DNA of 62,991 nucleotides, counting the filler, from Nemertoderma westbladi (Eukaryota; Animalia; Xenacoelomorpha): assembly GCA_032718475.1 (NCBI GenBank). It is 3 parts of 3 records of this genome, joined end to end, with 100 filler letters (N's around TTAATTAATTAA, not from the genome) between each part and the next. Parts side by side here need not be neighbours in the genome. Positions count along the whole stretch, not along the records: positions 47,711 to 62,991 come from JAUCBJ010003443.1; 2 more parts are not named here. One strand, written 5' to 3'. A model generated the notes under the pieces. That model searched no databases. It worked only from the letters and a program-made list of their open reading frames with translations, and was not told where the DNA came from. Made by a program: the position numbers and the translations under genes. Every line of letters starts with the position of its first letter. Positions within the stretch are counted from its first letter, which is position 1. Positions 62,136 to 62,991 of the stretch are shown in pieces.

Positions 62136-62991
62136 TAACATCGTGCCCGTGTGTGTCTGAGTCTGTATTCACAGAAATACTCAATATTCAAACCCCTTAA
62201 CTTTTCCTAGAATTAACATAATACGTTTTTAATGACTAAATCTGAAACATTTTGAAATCTCAAACTATATTTGAAAGTTATTTTTTGTGGTACTAAATAT
62301 CGTCTGGTGTGTTTAAAAATGGCCAAACCAAATAATTAAAAAAATAGGCCACAAAATGGCACTCTGCTGTGGCCAAAAGTGCCTTTTTTTTGCCGTGACA
62401 GTGGAACATATGGTGACTGGTGAATCCCTCCCCCCCCCCCACCCCCACCCCCCCCTTCTCCATAATTTTAGTCATTCAAAACGTATGATATGAATTTTAA
62501 GAAACGTTTCAGATTTCTGTTTCCCAGCAAAGGTATTCTGCAGATCAGATCGGGATCGGGTCTGCTCATTAGATTATATTTGAACAATATCAGGGAGCTA
62601 ATTATCGGTAATCAAAAACAAAAGCGACCATTGTGATTCTATAAAAATGTACTGTATTATATCCTTGCAGTAATTGAGATCAACGTGATTTCATGAAAAG
62701 ATCCAAAGTGTGTTAGGTTACCATTCTTTGGAACTAGCGCGAATATCATTTTGATTTTTTGAGTGAGTTCTGCACGTGTATTTAGGTTGAATGAGTTCCA
62801 AACACTTGAGACCTCGCCGACCTGGGGGGGGGGGGGGGGGGGGGAGTCACCATCTGTTCCACTGTCACGGTTGGTATCAATGCTCTATGCAGCAATCATG
62901 ACTCCGGCAAAGAGTATGTGATTATAGTGCGTATATCTGTGAATACAGACTCAGACACGCACGGGCACGTTGTACTGTTTCACAGAGTTAC

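Noticed and set aside
4165-62475. The remaining short ORFs in the track (antisense or alternative frames of RABL2 and the TE genes, and ORFs in repeats or AT-rich DNA)
   Set aside because: No recognisable motifs. Most are shadows of real coding regions or chance ORFs with GTG/TTG starts.

Overview
AT-rich, repeat-dense animal (probably invertebrate) nuclear DNA. It consists of three contigs joined by two artificial 100-bp linkers (44 N + TTAATTAATTAA + 44 N at 28328-28427 and 47611-47710). Contig 1 (1-28327) is mostly six unrelated tandem arrays (units of 40, 46, 23, 36, 61 and 31 bp). Between them lie two coding islands: an intact intronless RABL2 gene and the probable first exon of an unidentified gene. 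Contigs 2 and 3 are dominated by transposable elements. These include a complete but stop-disrupted Sola1-type element (57-bp TIRs, ATTT TSD), a complete Merlin element with an intact ORF (27-bp TIRs, 8-bp TSD), two RTE-type LINE copies, an RTEX-like LINE, a frameshifted Helentron/Helitron2-type RepHel abutting a second Sola transposase fragment, two non-autonomous rolling-circle elements, and several foldback/MITE-like inverted repeats. The most notable unexplained signals are: (i) frequent TA-flanked words (TACAGTA/TACTGTA, TAGGCCTA, TACCGGTA) that resemble DNA-transposon excision footprints and occur inside satellite units and one ORF; (ii) a minisatellite that grows directly out of a tRNA-derived SINE; (iii) rolling-circle elements combining Helitron and Helentron terminal features, with a hairpin that keeps its structure while changing sequence. 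Copy numbers and repeat boundaries were estimated by eye and family assignments come from recalled motifs; no database searches were run.
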